This document shows, piece by piece, positions 27,980-39,954 of a DNA stretch of 64,000 nt; within the stretch, counting starts at the first letter, position 1, and the number at the start of each line of letters is the position of its first letter. This stretch comes from Octopus vulgaris (taxonomy: Eukaryota). The stretch spans positions 87,730,001 to 87,794,000 of the forward strand of contig OX597824.1 in assembly GCA_951406725.2 (NCBI GenBank). Reading direction: 5' to 3'. The notes under the pieces are model-generated. The model ran no database searches. It was not told the DNA's origin and saw nothing but the letters and a program-made list of their open reading frames with translations. Both the position numbers and the translations under genes were made by a program.

Positions 27980-28204
27980 TTTTATTCTTTTAGTCTTTTA
28001 TTCTGTTATTCATTTGACTGCGGCCATGCTGGAGCACCGCCTTTAGTCGAGCAAATCGACCCTAGGACTTATTCTTTGTAAGCCCAGTACTTATTCTATT
28101 GGTCTCTTGCTGAACCACTAAGTTACGGGGACGTAAACCCACCAGCATCGCTTGTCAAGCGATGTTGGGGGTGGGACAAACACAGACACACAAACATATA
28201 CATC

Positions 28205-28273
<69 letters not shown>

Positions 28274-28409
28274 AGAATTCATGAAAAAAACAAAAGACGA
28301 AGACAGGTGGTGTAGAAAACAAACAGATGTATTAGTATAACGCTCAGGAATTGAAAAAGTCTTTTATGTTTTGAGCCTATGCTCTTCTACAGAAAGGAAC
28401 ACAGAAAGA

Positions 28410-28450
<41 letters not shown>

Positions 28451-28792
28451 AAATAAGCAACAAGGATAACCAGAGGTAATGCAGTACGATCGTTTCATGC
28501 GAATTCATTTAATTGAACAATACAATCATTTCATTACATCAATTTATTTTGAAATTGTATGGATAATACCATACTAAATTCTGGTGCCTTAAGTACCATA
28601 TTCCTCTGAATCTAAATTTTATATATGTATATACATACATACATACAACGGGCTTCTTTCAGTTTCTATTTACCAAATCCACTCACAAGGCTTTGATCGG
28701 CCCAAGGTTATAGTAGACGACACTTGCCCAAGGTGCCACACAGTGGGACTGAACCTAGAACCATGTGATTGGTAAGCAAGCTACTTACCACA
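27980..28792 (-). mobile_element. SINE family A interrupted in its internal (TA)n by Penelope-like fragments (about 28271-28412 and 28445-28620)
   Basis: 3' half at 27980-28200 and 5' half at about 28640-28792. One insert is the reverse complement of about 19528-19623. Confidence 0.8.
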
Positions 28793-29469
28793 CCGATAGA
28801 ATAAGTACTAGATTACCTTTTATTTTTAATACCTCAAATAAATATCAATAATAATTATTATTTCCCCAATAGGCAACATCTAGGTGGGAAATTGATTACA
28901 ATGGTTTATTGATTACATTGACCCCAGAGCTGAACTAGTACTTATTGACCTGTAAATGATGAAAAATAAAGTCAGCCTTGGTGGAATTTGAACTCATAAC
29001 ATAAAGATTGAAACCAGAATGAAACCATTAACTCTAGTATTTGATTGCTATTTTATTTTATCAACCCCGAAAGGATGAAAGGCAAAGTCGACCCTGGCAG
29101 GATTTGAACTCAGATCCAAAAGAAACGCCTCTAAGCATTTTGTTTGGTGTGCTAATGATTCTACCCCAACTCACCATCATAATCATATGTATATCATCAT
29201 CATCATTTAACATCTGTTTTCCATGCTGGCATGGGTCGGATGGTTTGACAGGTGGTGGTAAGCCTGGGAACTGTACCAAACAAGCTTCACTGTCTGCTTG
29301 AGTATGGTCTTTACAGCTGGATACCCTACCTGACACTGACCCCTTTACAGTGTGGACACACACATACATTATATATACATACACATACACAGACAATCAC
29401 ACAATTAGCTTCTTGCAGTTTCCCTCCACGAAATCCACTCACATTAGTCAGCCTGGGGCTATAGTAGAA

Positions 29470-29685
29470 GGCAGCGAGCTGGCAGAATCGTTAGCACGCC
29501 GGTTGAAATGCTTAGTGGTATTTCGTCTGCCGTTACGTTCTGAGTTCAAATTCTGCTGAGATCGACTTTGCCTTTCATCCTTTCGGGGTCGATAAATAAA
29601 GTACCAGTTTCGCACTGGGGTCGATGTAATTAGCTTGATCCCTTTGTCTGTCCTTGTTTGTCCCCTTGTGGGTAGTAAAGAAATA
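29470..29685 (+). mobile_element. SINE family B, full length, nested in an old family A copy
   Basis: Head GGCAGCGAGCTGGCAGAATCGTTAGCAC, B-box-like GAGTTCAAATTC; 11-bp TSD TATAGTAGAAG at 29460-29470 and 29686-29696. Confidence 0.9.
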
Positions 29686-30183
29686 TATAGTAGAAGATGA
29701 TTGTTCATGGTGCCATGCAATGGGTTTGAACCTGAAACCATTTGATTGGGAAGTAAACTTCTCAACCACACTGTCACTTTCAATAAATTTCTTATTGGTA
29801 TAAGAAAAATCACAACTCAATGTTATCCTCATCCTTGCAAAAATGAGGTCTTGGATCTACTTTGCTTATCCATTATAACAAGCCAAGCCAAGTCATTCTG
29901 CAAATAACTTCTCTCTTGGTTCTCAGTAACCAACCACTTACCTTTTATTTTTAATATCTCAAGTTTCTTAAATTTTTCCAATGACTTTTACTATCTTCAT
30001 TAATAAAACATTTCAAAATTAGCCAGAGGACATTATTCCAATATTGATAAAACAAAATTCCAGACTATTATTGATTTCAGTATGACCTCAATTGTTGCTT
30101 AATCCATTGATTAATTTAATCAAATTCTGTAATATTTTAGGAAAGAGATAACTGTGTTGTCCAGATAATGCCATGCAAGAAAA

Positions 30184-30398
30184 TACGAGCAGGTGCCGGA
30201 AAGTTCCTGGCCCTGGGTGAAAGAAAATACCAGAGGTTTTTATGATTTTATTCAGCATATTCCCCTCTCTGATTCACTCACTTATTGCAGTAGTCCTTCA
30301 GTTTCACTAAGCCCTGTAAATGAACTCAGAATGTTGGGCCTCCAACCAGGCCTCTCACAATATCCTTAAAGCCAAGAACTTTTCAACGCCCTCTTGCA
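30184..30398 (-). mobile_element. Mariner-derived MITE (family E)
   Basis: Reverse complement of the 25367 family with both TIRs. Confidence 0.8.
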
Positions 30399-30453
30399 TA
30401 AATGAGAAGACAATTATTGGAAAATTGAATGAAATTTCCTCAAGAATATATAT

Positions 30454-30611
30454 AAGCGCAGGAGTGGCTGTGTGGTAAGTAGCTTGCTAACCAACCACAT
30501 GGTTCCGGGTTCAGTCCCACTGCATGGCACCTTGGACAAGTGTCTTCTGCTATAGCCCTGACCAATGCCTTGTGAGTGGATTTGGTAGACGGAAACTGAA
30601 AGAAGCTCATC

Positions 30612-30657
<46 letters not shown>

Positions 30658-30885
30658 ACGTGTATGTTTGTGTGTCTGTGTTTGTCCCCCTAGCATTGCT
30701 TGACAACCGATGCTGGTGTGTTTATATCCCCGTTTCTTAGCGGTTCGGCAAAAGAGACCGATAGAATAAGTACTGGGCTTACAAAAGAATAAGTCCCGGG
30801 GTCGAGTTGCTCGATTAAAGGCGGTGCTCCAGCATGGCCGCAGTCAAATGACTGAAACAAGTAAAAGAGTAAAGAGTAAAGAGTA
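30454..30885 (+). mobile_element. SINE family A, full length
   Basis: Head, body and (AAAGAGT)n tail. Confidence 0.9.
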
Positions 30886-31304
30886 ATATTTGAAACACTC
30901 ACTTTATGGTTAAAATAAGCAACAGGATAACTTTTAAAAAATGGGAAAAAAGAAGATAAACAAGCAGAGATTTACTGAATATTTTGTTAAAATCAAATGA
31001 AAAGTACTGAATGTTGGCTATTTTTGGACATGGAAATTATTAGTGTGGTTTTTCTTTTTCTTTCTTTTTTTTTTCCCCCAAAAACCCAAACCAAAAGATC
31101 AGAACCTCCGAGTTTGATTGCTTTGCTAAGAAAAGACATTGGTATGGCTGTGTGGTTAAGAAGCTCACTTTGCAGTTGTGTGGTTTTTGGTTCAGTCCCC
31201 GTGCGCAGCACCTTGGCCAAGTGTCTTTTACTATAACCTCAGCCCAGCCAATGCCTTGTGAACAAATTTCTTAACTGAAAACTATGTGGAATCCCATTGA
31301 GTAT

Positions 31305-31526
31305 ATTCTTTTACTCGTTTACTTGTTTCAATCATGCTGGAGCACTGTCTTGACCACAGAACTTATTTTTAAAGCCTAGTTCTTATTCTATTGGGCCCTT
31401 TTGCTGAACTGACAAGTTATGAAGATGTAACCAGACCAGCACCGGATGTCAAGTGGTGATGGGGAGGGGACAAACACAGACACAAGGACATACACACAGA
31501 GATATATACATACATATATACATGTA

Positions 31527-31569
<43 letters not shown>

Positions 31570-31757
31570 ATATATATATATATATATATGCATGTATGCA
31601 TATATAAGATGGGTTTCTTTCAGTTTCCATTTACCAAATCCACTCACAAGGCTTTGGTCAGTTCAAGGCTATAGTAGAAGACACTTGGCCAAGGTGCCAC
31701 GCAGTGGGACTGAACCCGGAACCATGTGGTTGAGAAGCAAGCTTCTTACCACACAGC
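31305..31757 (-). mobile_element. SINE family A, older copy
   Basis: Diverged reverse-complement match to the 30454 copy. Confidence 0.8.
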
Positions 31758-31909
31758 TACTAAACAAATTTTGAAGATGTATTATTCTCCATTATTCTCT
31801 ATGCCTTGATTTTATATATATATATATATAATTGCAGCGTGGAAGGTGTTTGTAAGCCATTTAAGAAACACACAAAAGCCGTTCGATTCACTTCAACATT
31901 TAAGTTTAA

Positions 31910-31960
31910 TTTGTCAAAATATTTTCGTCGCTTAAAATCGGCGACCTGTTCACTGACAAA
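31910..31960 (-). ncRNA. Minimal type I hammerhead ribozyme, G3-C8 variant
   Basis: TTTGTCA-GTGAACA-G-GTCGC cgattttaa GCGAC-GAA-AATATT-T-TGACAAA. Confidence 0.7.
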
Positions 31961-31970
31961 AATCCGGATT

Positions 31971-32021
31971 TTTGTCAGTGAACAGGTCGCGGTCTTAAAG
32001 CGACGAAAATATTTTGACAAA
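31971..32021 (+). ncRNA. Minimal type I hammerhead ribozyme, G3-C8 variant
   Basis: TTTGTCA-GTGAACA-G-GTCGC ggtcttaaa GCGAC-GAA-AATATT-T-TGACAAA: 7-bp helix I, 5-bp helix II, loopless palindromic helix III. Confidence 0.7.
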
Positions 32022-32158
32022 TTAAACTTAAATGTTGAAGTGAATCGAACGGCTTTTGTGTGTTTCTTAAATGGCTTACAAGCACCTTCCACGCTGCAAT
32101 TGTTTTCGTTTCAGCACACGATCTCAGATCAAATCACTTGCTATGCGAGTACATCTCC

Positions 32159-32213
<55 letters not shown>

Positions 32214-32512
32214 TATATAAGTATATATATAGCAATAAGAAAATGGAGGGGATCAATAGGTGGTTCATCAACTTTTAGACATTATATGATGTCAATTTAT
32301 TTATTTATTTACTAAAATGACAATTACAAGAATATACATACATGTATAATATATTATGCTTTACATATAAAATATATTAATATATAAGAATACCAGTAAT
32401 TATTATAAAATAACATACATGAATATATATATATATATATTAAAATCAAAATGAGGGTGAAAAATTGGCTATTAATTTGATAATTTCATCTTATATATAT
32501 ATATATCCATGT

Positions 32513-32606
32513 ATACACACACACACATGGATCATCATCGTCGTTTAACGTCCAGCATGGAGAACGGACGTTAAACGACGATGATGATCCATGTGTGTGT
32601 GTGTAT
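32513..32606. repeat. Perfect 41-bp inverted repeat with 12-nt spacer, built from a family C tail and flanking (CA)n
   Basis: 32513-32553 is the reverse complement of 32566-32606. Confidence 0.9.
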
Positions 32607-33581
32607 GTATCTATGTTTGTGTTTATTTCACAGTACTGCTCGACAAAAGGTGTTGGTTTGTTTGCATCCCCATAACCAACCAATTCCGCAAATGAGATTA
32701 ATAGAGTGAGCACCAGACATAATAATGAGTACTGGCGTTGATTTGTTTGACTAAAATCTTTCAGAGTGGTGCCCCAGCATGGCCGCATTCCAACGATTGA
32801 AACAAGTAAAAGAAAAACGACAACGGCTGAGAGAAAAAAATTTTTTTATTAAAATTAAAGCTGAACCATTTTAGTTGGTCTAAAAGCGAAGAATAATTTA
32901 TTTAATTTTAGATTTAAAAGGAAAAAGATGCTATTTTACAGAGGCCAACAAACTTCATTATGAGTCATGCTTTGTTTAACTATAAACCATCCGAAATCGA
33001 TCAAACCTATGATTAAAGACATTCCAACAGTGACTAATCCATTTATTTTTTTTACTGGCATAGTGTATCCAGAAGTACATGTGTTGGTTTGTCGAATTTA
33101 ATCTAGTGTGAAGGTTAACTGGAATATAATTTGAATAGCTTTTGAACATCTGTTCAAAATATTTATTGATTTTCACACTAAATGTGCGATAAACAATTCT
33201 ATGATGAATTTCTTTAAATATTACAGTTGGAAATAATATCAGTTATTTTGTTCTGAAATAAATGTTGATATATAAATAGAACTGGTATATTATGGATTTA
33301 TGCTGAGACATTCTAGTAGGAAGGCATGCTCAAATAGAATTTCAGAACAGTAACAGGATATTTTCTGAGTTAATGATCTAAGCACTGGCATCTCATTGAA
33401 AGTTCACTTTTGTTAGACTATTGATTATTAGAGTTCAACTGGTGCTGAGGTCGACTTAGATTTTCATCCTTTCAGGGGGGTCGATGAAACAAGTACCAGT
33501 TGAGTCCTGGAATCGGTGTCATTGATTAGCCCTATTCCTCCAAAATTTCGGGTCTTGTGCCTATGGTAGAAAGAATTATTA

Positions 33582-33993
33582 TTGGGACACAAAACTCCAC
33601 TTGTGAAGACCTGTTGAGGCAAGTGAAAATCAAAATCGAAATCGATCAACATTAATGGAATTTGTAGCTGTGATACCAGTGCCAGTGGCACGTAAGAGAA
33701 CCATCCAAACGTGGCCGTAGCCAGCGCTGCCCTGACTGGCCTCCGTGCCGGTGGCATGTAAAAAGCACCATCTGATCGTGGCCATTGCCAGCTTCGTCTG
33801 GTCTCCGTGCCAGTGGCACGTAAAAAGCACCCACTACACTCACGGAGTGGTTGGCGTTAGGAAGGGCATCCAGCTGTAGAAATACTGCCAGATCAGACTG
33901 GGCCTGGGGCAGCCTCCTGGCTTCCCAGACCCCAGTTGAACCGTCCAACCCATGCTAGCATGGAGAGCGGACGTTAAACAATGATGATGATGA
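33582..33993 (+). mobile_element. Family C retroposon, full length
   Basis: Three internal GTGCC.GTGGCAC-type repeats, GGTTGGCGTTAGGAAGGGCATCCAGCTGTAGAAA block and (GAT)n tail. Confidence 0.85.
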
Positions 33994-34600
33994 CTCTTGG
34001 CCTAATGGTTAGGGTGTTGCACTCACAATCATGAGAGCGAGGTTTCAATTCATAGACCGGTTGGTGCCTTGTGTTCTTGAGCAAAACACTTCATCTTATG
34101 TTGCTTTGTGATCACTTCAAAACCTGACGTGCAGTACACCATGCATCTTGCAATAAGTGTTTGAATATGAGGGGAATATGTTGTATAAAATCATAATCCA
34201 CTGATCCTCCAGTATTTTCTTTAACCCAAGGCCGGAAACATTTCAGCACCAACCACCTTGTATATCTGTGTGTGTGCATGGGCTTGTGTTTTCTTGCGTT
34301 GACGTCATGTAAATGAGTGTCCCTGTCATACAAGCAGTGTTGTTTGTTTCCAGTTTTCTGTGGAAAGATCTTGGCATGGAGAAATATTACATTGCTTGGA
34401 AATGGACGATGGTTGGTGACAGGAAGAGCTTCTAGCCATGAGAAAATCTGCCTCATGACTTCTGTCTGACCCATACAGGCAGGGAAAAGTTAACGTAGTG
34501 ATATGTATGCATGTATTTGAGTATATGTATGTGTATGCATATGTATGCAAATGTATGTAAGTGTGTGTGTGTGTGTGTGTGTGTGTTCATTTGATGAACA

Positions 34601-35243
34601 TATCGGAGAGGGTGCTAAAAAATTCCTGGCTTTAAAGGTATTGTGAAAGGCCTGGTTGAAGACCCAGCCCTTTGAGTTCTTTTACGGGCTTAGAAAAACT
34701 GAAGGACTTCTGCAATAAGTGTCTTAATCTGAGAGGGGAATATGTTGAATAAAATCATAACTGATCTGTCTGTATTTTCTTTTACCCAAGGCCAAGAACT
34801 TTTCAGCACTTCCTTGTATAAAATCAAATATTCTTGACTTTAAGGATATCATGAAAGGCCTTGTTGGAGGCCCAACCCTCTGAGTTCTTTTACAGGGCTT
34901 AGACAAAAAAAACTGGAGGACCACTGCAATAAGTGTGTGACTCTGAAAGGGGAATATGTTGAATAAAATCATAATTAACTGATCTGTCTGAATTTTCTTT
35001 TACCCAAGGCCAAGAACTTTTCAGTACTTCCTTGTATAAAATCAAATATTCTTGGCTTTAAGGATATCATGAAAGGGTATCATGAAAGCCCTGAGATCTT
35101 TTATAGGGCTTAGAAAAACTGATGGACCTCTGCAATAAGTGTGTGAATCTGAGAGGGGAATATATTGAATAAAATCATAATTAACTGATCCTCCTGTATT
35201 TTCTTTTACCCAAGGCCAGGAACTTTTCAGCCCTTCCTCTTAT
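34601..35243 (+). mobile_element. Three tandem family E mariner MITE units
   Basis: Units joined by the repeated junction TTGTATAAAATCAAATATTCTTG.CTTTAAGGATATC. Confidence 0.85.
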
Positions 35244-35465
35244 AAAATCTGTTGTTGTCAAGTTCTCTCTTAGTAGTGTATCTCATTCAGCTTTCTATGG
35301 TATTGCATCATGTTTCAGCTGTGTGCACTTGAGCGGTTTTTCCGTTGCCTTCCTCTAGAAAGATTTTGAAGGAGGGAGGAAATGAAAACTCAACAGTCCC
35401 ACTTGGTACAATTTGCTGGTAAAATTTCCACTTATTCTTTATTTTTATTTTCCTAAAATAAGAAA

Positions 35466-35727
35466 TAAGTTACGGGGATGTAAACACACCAGCATCGGTT
35501 GTCAAGTGATGTTGGGGGGACAAACACAGACACAGACACACACACACACACACACACATATACGATGGGCTTCTTTCAGTTTCCGTCTACCAAATCTACT
35601 CACAAGGCTTTGGTCGGCCCGAGGCTATAGTAGAAGACACTTGCCCAAGGTGCCATGCAGTGGGACTGAACCCGGAACCATGTGGTTGGTAAGCAAGCAA
35701 CATACCACACAACCAATCCTACGCCTA
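35466..35727 (-). mobile_element. SINE family A, lacking the 3' tail
   Basis: Matches head and body of the family. Confidence 0.85.
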
Positions 35728-36049
35728 TGGCATGCTAACAATTCTGCCAGCTCCCCACCTTACATAAAGCGATAAATAATCCTTTCTACTATACACACAA
35801 GGCCTGAAATTTGGGGGAGGGGGCTAGTTCAATTTCATCGACCCAGTGTATAACTGGTACTCATTTAATCGACTAACATAAAAATACTACTAGTTTTGCC
35901 CAAATATAAAACATACTAAAAGTGAAAATTTTGAAAGAATTTAAAGACCCATACATCATGTCTTTTAAAGTTTTGTTACAGCTGTTTCATTAAATAATTC
36001 TAAAATTTAATTTTATACATAATTACTTCCTAATTACTTCTGGTGTCAT

Positions 36050-36262
36050 GCAACTGGCATCCATGCTTGTGACATGTAAAAGCACCCATTACACTCTCAG
36101 AGTGGTTGGCATTAGGAAGGGCATCCAGCTGTAGAACCGACGCCAAATCAGACTAGAGTCTGGTGCAGACCCACAGCTTGCCAGCCCTGGTCAAACTGTC
36201 CAACCCATGCCAGCATGGACAACAGACACTAAATGATGAAGGTTATGATGATGATGAGGATG
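36050..36262 (+). mobile_element. Family C retroposon, 3' part
   Basis: GGTTGGCATTAGGAAGGGCATCCAGCTGTAG block and GAT tail. Confidence 0.8.
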
Positions 36263-36569
36263 ATTATTAGTATAGAAATATGCTTGGTAGTTGTAAATGT
36301 TGTAAAGGAAAAGAAATTATATGAACAAAAGTAGGTTTGTCTGCCATATGTTGCCATTGCTCAAAAACATTGTAAATAAACATCTGAATAGTGTGTAGGA
36401 TTTGTATAATAAATTTGTATAATAAATTGCAAATAATGTAAATATTTGGAAAATGCAACTGTCTTTGCAATTATACATGAATAGAGCAAAGCATAGCCAT
36501 TTGTTAAAAGACATGCGTATTACTTGGTTGTAAATACCATGCTTTTGTTTAGTGTTTTAAGGTGTCCAT

Positions 36570-36943
36570 ATTCTTTTCTACTCTCGGCACAAGGCCCGAA
36601 ATTTTGGGGGAGGGGACCAGTTGATTATATCGACCCCAGTACGTAACTGGTACTTAATTTATTGACCTCGAGAGGATGAAAGGTAAAGTTGACCTTGGTA
36701 GTATTTGAACTCAGAACGTAAAGACAGATAAAATACCACTAAGCATTTCCCCCAGAGTGCTAAAGTGTCTTATTTCTTTATTGCCCACAAGGGGCTAAAC
36801 ATAGAGGGGACAAACAAGGATAGACAAAGGGATTAAGTCAATTACATAGACCCCAGTGCATAACTGGTACTTAATTTATTGACCCCAAAAGGATGAAAGG
36901 CAAAGTTGACCTAGGCAGAATTTGAACTCAGAACGTAACGGCA
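36570..36943 (-). mobile_element. Two adjacent family B SINEs with different 3' tails
   Basis: Shared central block (GACCCC.AAAGGATGAAAGG.AAAGTTGACC on +) with two tail variants. Confidence 0.8.
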
Positions 36944-37389
36944 ACCCAATCAGCTGCTGGCAACATTTTTACATTAAGCAGCTTGGATCCGCTGCCACCT
37001 AGGCCCCAGCGAATAGTATCTTCTATCCACTTGGGTTCCATTCCAGGTGGCAACCTGCAGACCCAAGCTCTTGTCAACTTCTTCCCACAATATGTGGAAA
37101 GAAACAGGATCTCTTGGCCCTCTAACGGCTGGCTCGCAAATTTGCGAGCCTCCTCAGGAGGGTCAAATAGCAACCACACCGTTCCATACTTGGCACCCTT
37201 GGAAATAAATTTTATAATTGGCAGATATTCAGCCAACTCGTTCTCAATCTCTATCTTTTTGAAGACGGCGATGGTGTTGAGCGACTTTGAATAAGTCCTC
37301 AACACCACCATCCTCTCTTCTAAGTCTTTCACACACTCTTTGGGTGAGACAATCTCCCACTCCAACACAGTATTCGTTTTTTCTGCCAT
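36928..37389 (-). pseudogene. N-terminal fragment of an L1/Tx1-like retrotransposon ORF1 protein, truncated by a SINE
   Basis: Open, non-repetitive 153-aa frame MAEKTNTV...KGAKYGTVWLLFDPPEEARKFASQPL...TYCGKKLTRAWVCRLPP...W, resembling the RRM-like region of Tx1-type ORF1 proteins. The last codons and the stop come from the family B SINE at about 36943. Confidence 0.6.
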
Positions 37390-37407
37390 GTTTTGGAAGA
37401 AGAAAAA

Positions 37408-37409
<2 letters not shown>

Positions 37410-37438
<29 letters not shown>

Positions 37439-38100
37439 TATATATATATATATATACATATATACACACATATACATGCACAAATATACTTGCGCATGCA
37501 TACATATATGTGCAAACACATACGAGCACACATACATATTCATGCACACACACACACTCATACACACACATACACACAAACACAAACACATATACATACA
37601 TACATACATACATACATATACATCCACATATATAGGCACACACATATATACATATATGCACATATACATGCACACATGCATATTCATGCACACACAAACA
37701 TACATACACACACACAAACACATATACATACACATCCACATATACAGGCACATGCATATATACATATTCATACTTATACATGCGCACATACACACACACA
37801 TACACACAAATGCATATACATACATATCCACATACACAGGCACATGCATATATACATACACACATATATACATGCACACAAACATATTTATGCACACACA
37901 CACACACATACACACACAAACACATATACATGCACATCCACATATATAAGCACACACATATATATACATACACACACACACACACTTATACATACAAACA
38001 AACATATACATGCACACACACACATAAACACACGTGCACACACACACACACGCGCACACTCACACACATACATGCACATAAACACACATCGACACACATA
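37410..38100. repeat. Degenerate (CA/TA)n tract
   Basis: Direct inspection. Confidence 0.95.
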
Positions 38101-38486
38101 CCACTGAAAGACACAAAGTCACCATACTGGATGAATAGATTGTTTTTACTTGAGTACAACAACAAAAATATAAAAAAAAGAAATGATAGATTAATGTTTC
38201 AACCCAGATCTATTCTCCAAACCAGTATATCATGTTTTGATAAGCTGTATGTTGTTGTTTTTCTCCTCCCTTGGCACATAATTCTGGTAAATAAACGAAC
38301 TATTGTTAAGATATGCAGAGAAGTTTTTCTATCGACATCTGAAGAAGACCTAATAGGTCCTGTTCAAATGTTAGAGACCTTATAACTGAAACAAGATTTG
38401 TAATTAACAAGAACACTCAGCTTTAGAAGACCTGAAAACAACCCTAAATAGACTTTATTTAAATTCCTAGTGAGTGAATTTGGAAG

Positions 38487-38684
38487 CAGAGACACACAAA
38501 CACACACACACACAGACACACATATATATGTACATATATACGATGGGCTTCTTTCAGTTTCCGTCTACCAAATCCACTCACAAAGCTTTGGTCGGCCTGA
38601 GGCTTTAGTAGAAGAAACTTGCCCAAGGTGCCACGCAGTGGGACTGAACCTGGAACCTGGAACCACACAGCCACTCCTGTGCCT
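38487..38684 (-). mobile_element. SINE family A, 5' part
   Basis: Head and upstream body match, with a small deletion in the head. Confidence 0.85.
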
Positions 38685-39144
38685 AAAAAAAGACTATAAA
38701 GAAAAAAATTTTTTTTAATTAGTGAATATCATTGCGACTACTTAGGTTTTTGTATATTTTGGAAGAAAATTACTGATACAAAACTGCAATGGCTTTTAAA
38801 TGATATGGAGATTGTTAATACAAGCAGCGTTAAAGCTAATGTGTGTCTGGATCCAGACAAGACCAATAACTGTCGACAGCTTTCTCTTTCAGAAATAATA
38901 GAATATGTCCACAACATGAATCAGATGTAAATGTTACTGAAGCAATTTTCAGAATGTCTGTCAGAATAAAAGTCTTTCTTATTCTGTTGTTCTAAATGAA
39001 TTGATTGAAATTACTTGCACAGCACAAATCTTTGGGGTTTTTGTTTTTTCATTTGAGCCAATAGTAAGGGCAATTAATTTCCCTGTTACGAAAAGTTATA
39101 GCTTTCACAAGACAAAGAGCTTACATAAAAGTCTGGATAATGTT

Positions 39145-39378
39145 TCTTATTTCTTTATTGCCCACAAGGGGCTAAACATAGAGGGGACAAACAAGGACAG
39201 ACAAAGGGATTAAGTCCATTACATCGACCCCAGTGCGTAACGGGTACTTAATTTATCGACACCCGAAATGGATGAAAGGCAAAGTCGACCTTGGCGGAAT
39301 TTGAACTCAGAACATAACGGCAGACAAAATACCGCTAAGCATTTTACCCAGCGTGCTAACGGGTCTGCCAGCTCGCCG
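39145..39378 (-). mobile_element. SINE family B, near full length
   Basis: Reverse complement of the 29470 copy. Confidence 0.9.
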
Positions 39379-39954
39379 TGTGTGTGTGTCTGTGTGTGTG
39401 CATGTGCATGTGTGTGTTTGCATGTGCATGCTTGCATGCGTGTGTTTATGCATGCATGTATGTATGTAAGTTAGTGTTAACGTACTTAAAGCACAGAACA
39501 TTAAAAGCTGCTTAGAAATAATTATTTAATGAGGAAAAGCAATATCAGTCTGTGATTAATGATAATTTTAATTATTTTTGCAGATGGAGCAATGACTCCA
39601 GATATGTTTTGCTTCGATATAAATTTACTTTTATCATAATTATTGCTAAAAAAATCTTCATACCAAAATGAACCATTCTAATTAACAAATTACATAAAAT
39701 GATAAATATTTGGCAACAAGGTAGAGAAAATACTTCAAGACATCAGAAGTTTTAAACTCTTCCTTCGTGGAATAAGTATGTGATGACTAAATATTCAAAT
39801 GGATGACAGCAGAACAAAAGTCTATGTGAAGTCCAAATACAGAAACATTCATTTATTTTTAACAAAAATACTGTTGGTGTGAGAACAACAATATAAAAGG
39901 ATGTTTACACTGAGTGAATCAGTTTGTGCGGGACTGTGAAAGATAAAAGTTCCT

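Larger units (their letters stand above)
31830..32160. mobile_element. Penelope-like inverted terminal-repeat cassette in (TA)n; 272-bp palindrome 31830-32101 plus ~60-bp extension
   Basis: Arms pair around the centre TCC|GGA (31965/31966) with few mismatches; (TA)n on both sides. Confidence 0.85.

Noticed and set aside
31799-32315. Mirror-image ORFs on both strands
   Set aside because: By-product of the palindrome; no coding signature.
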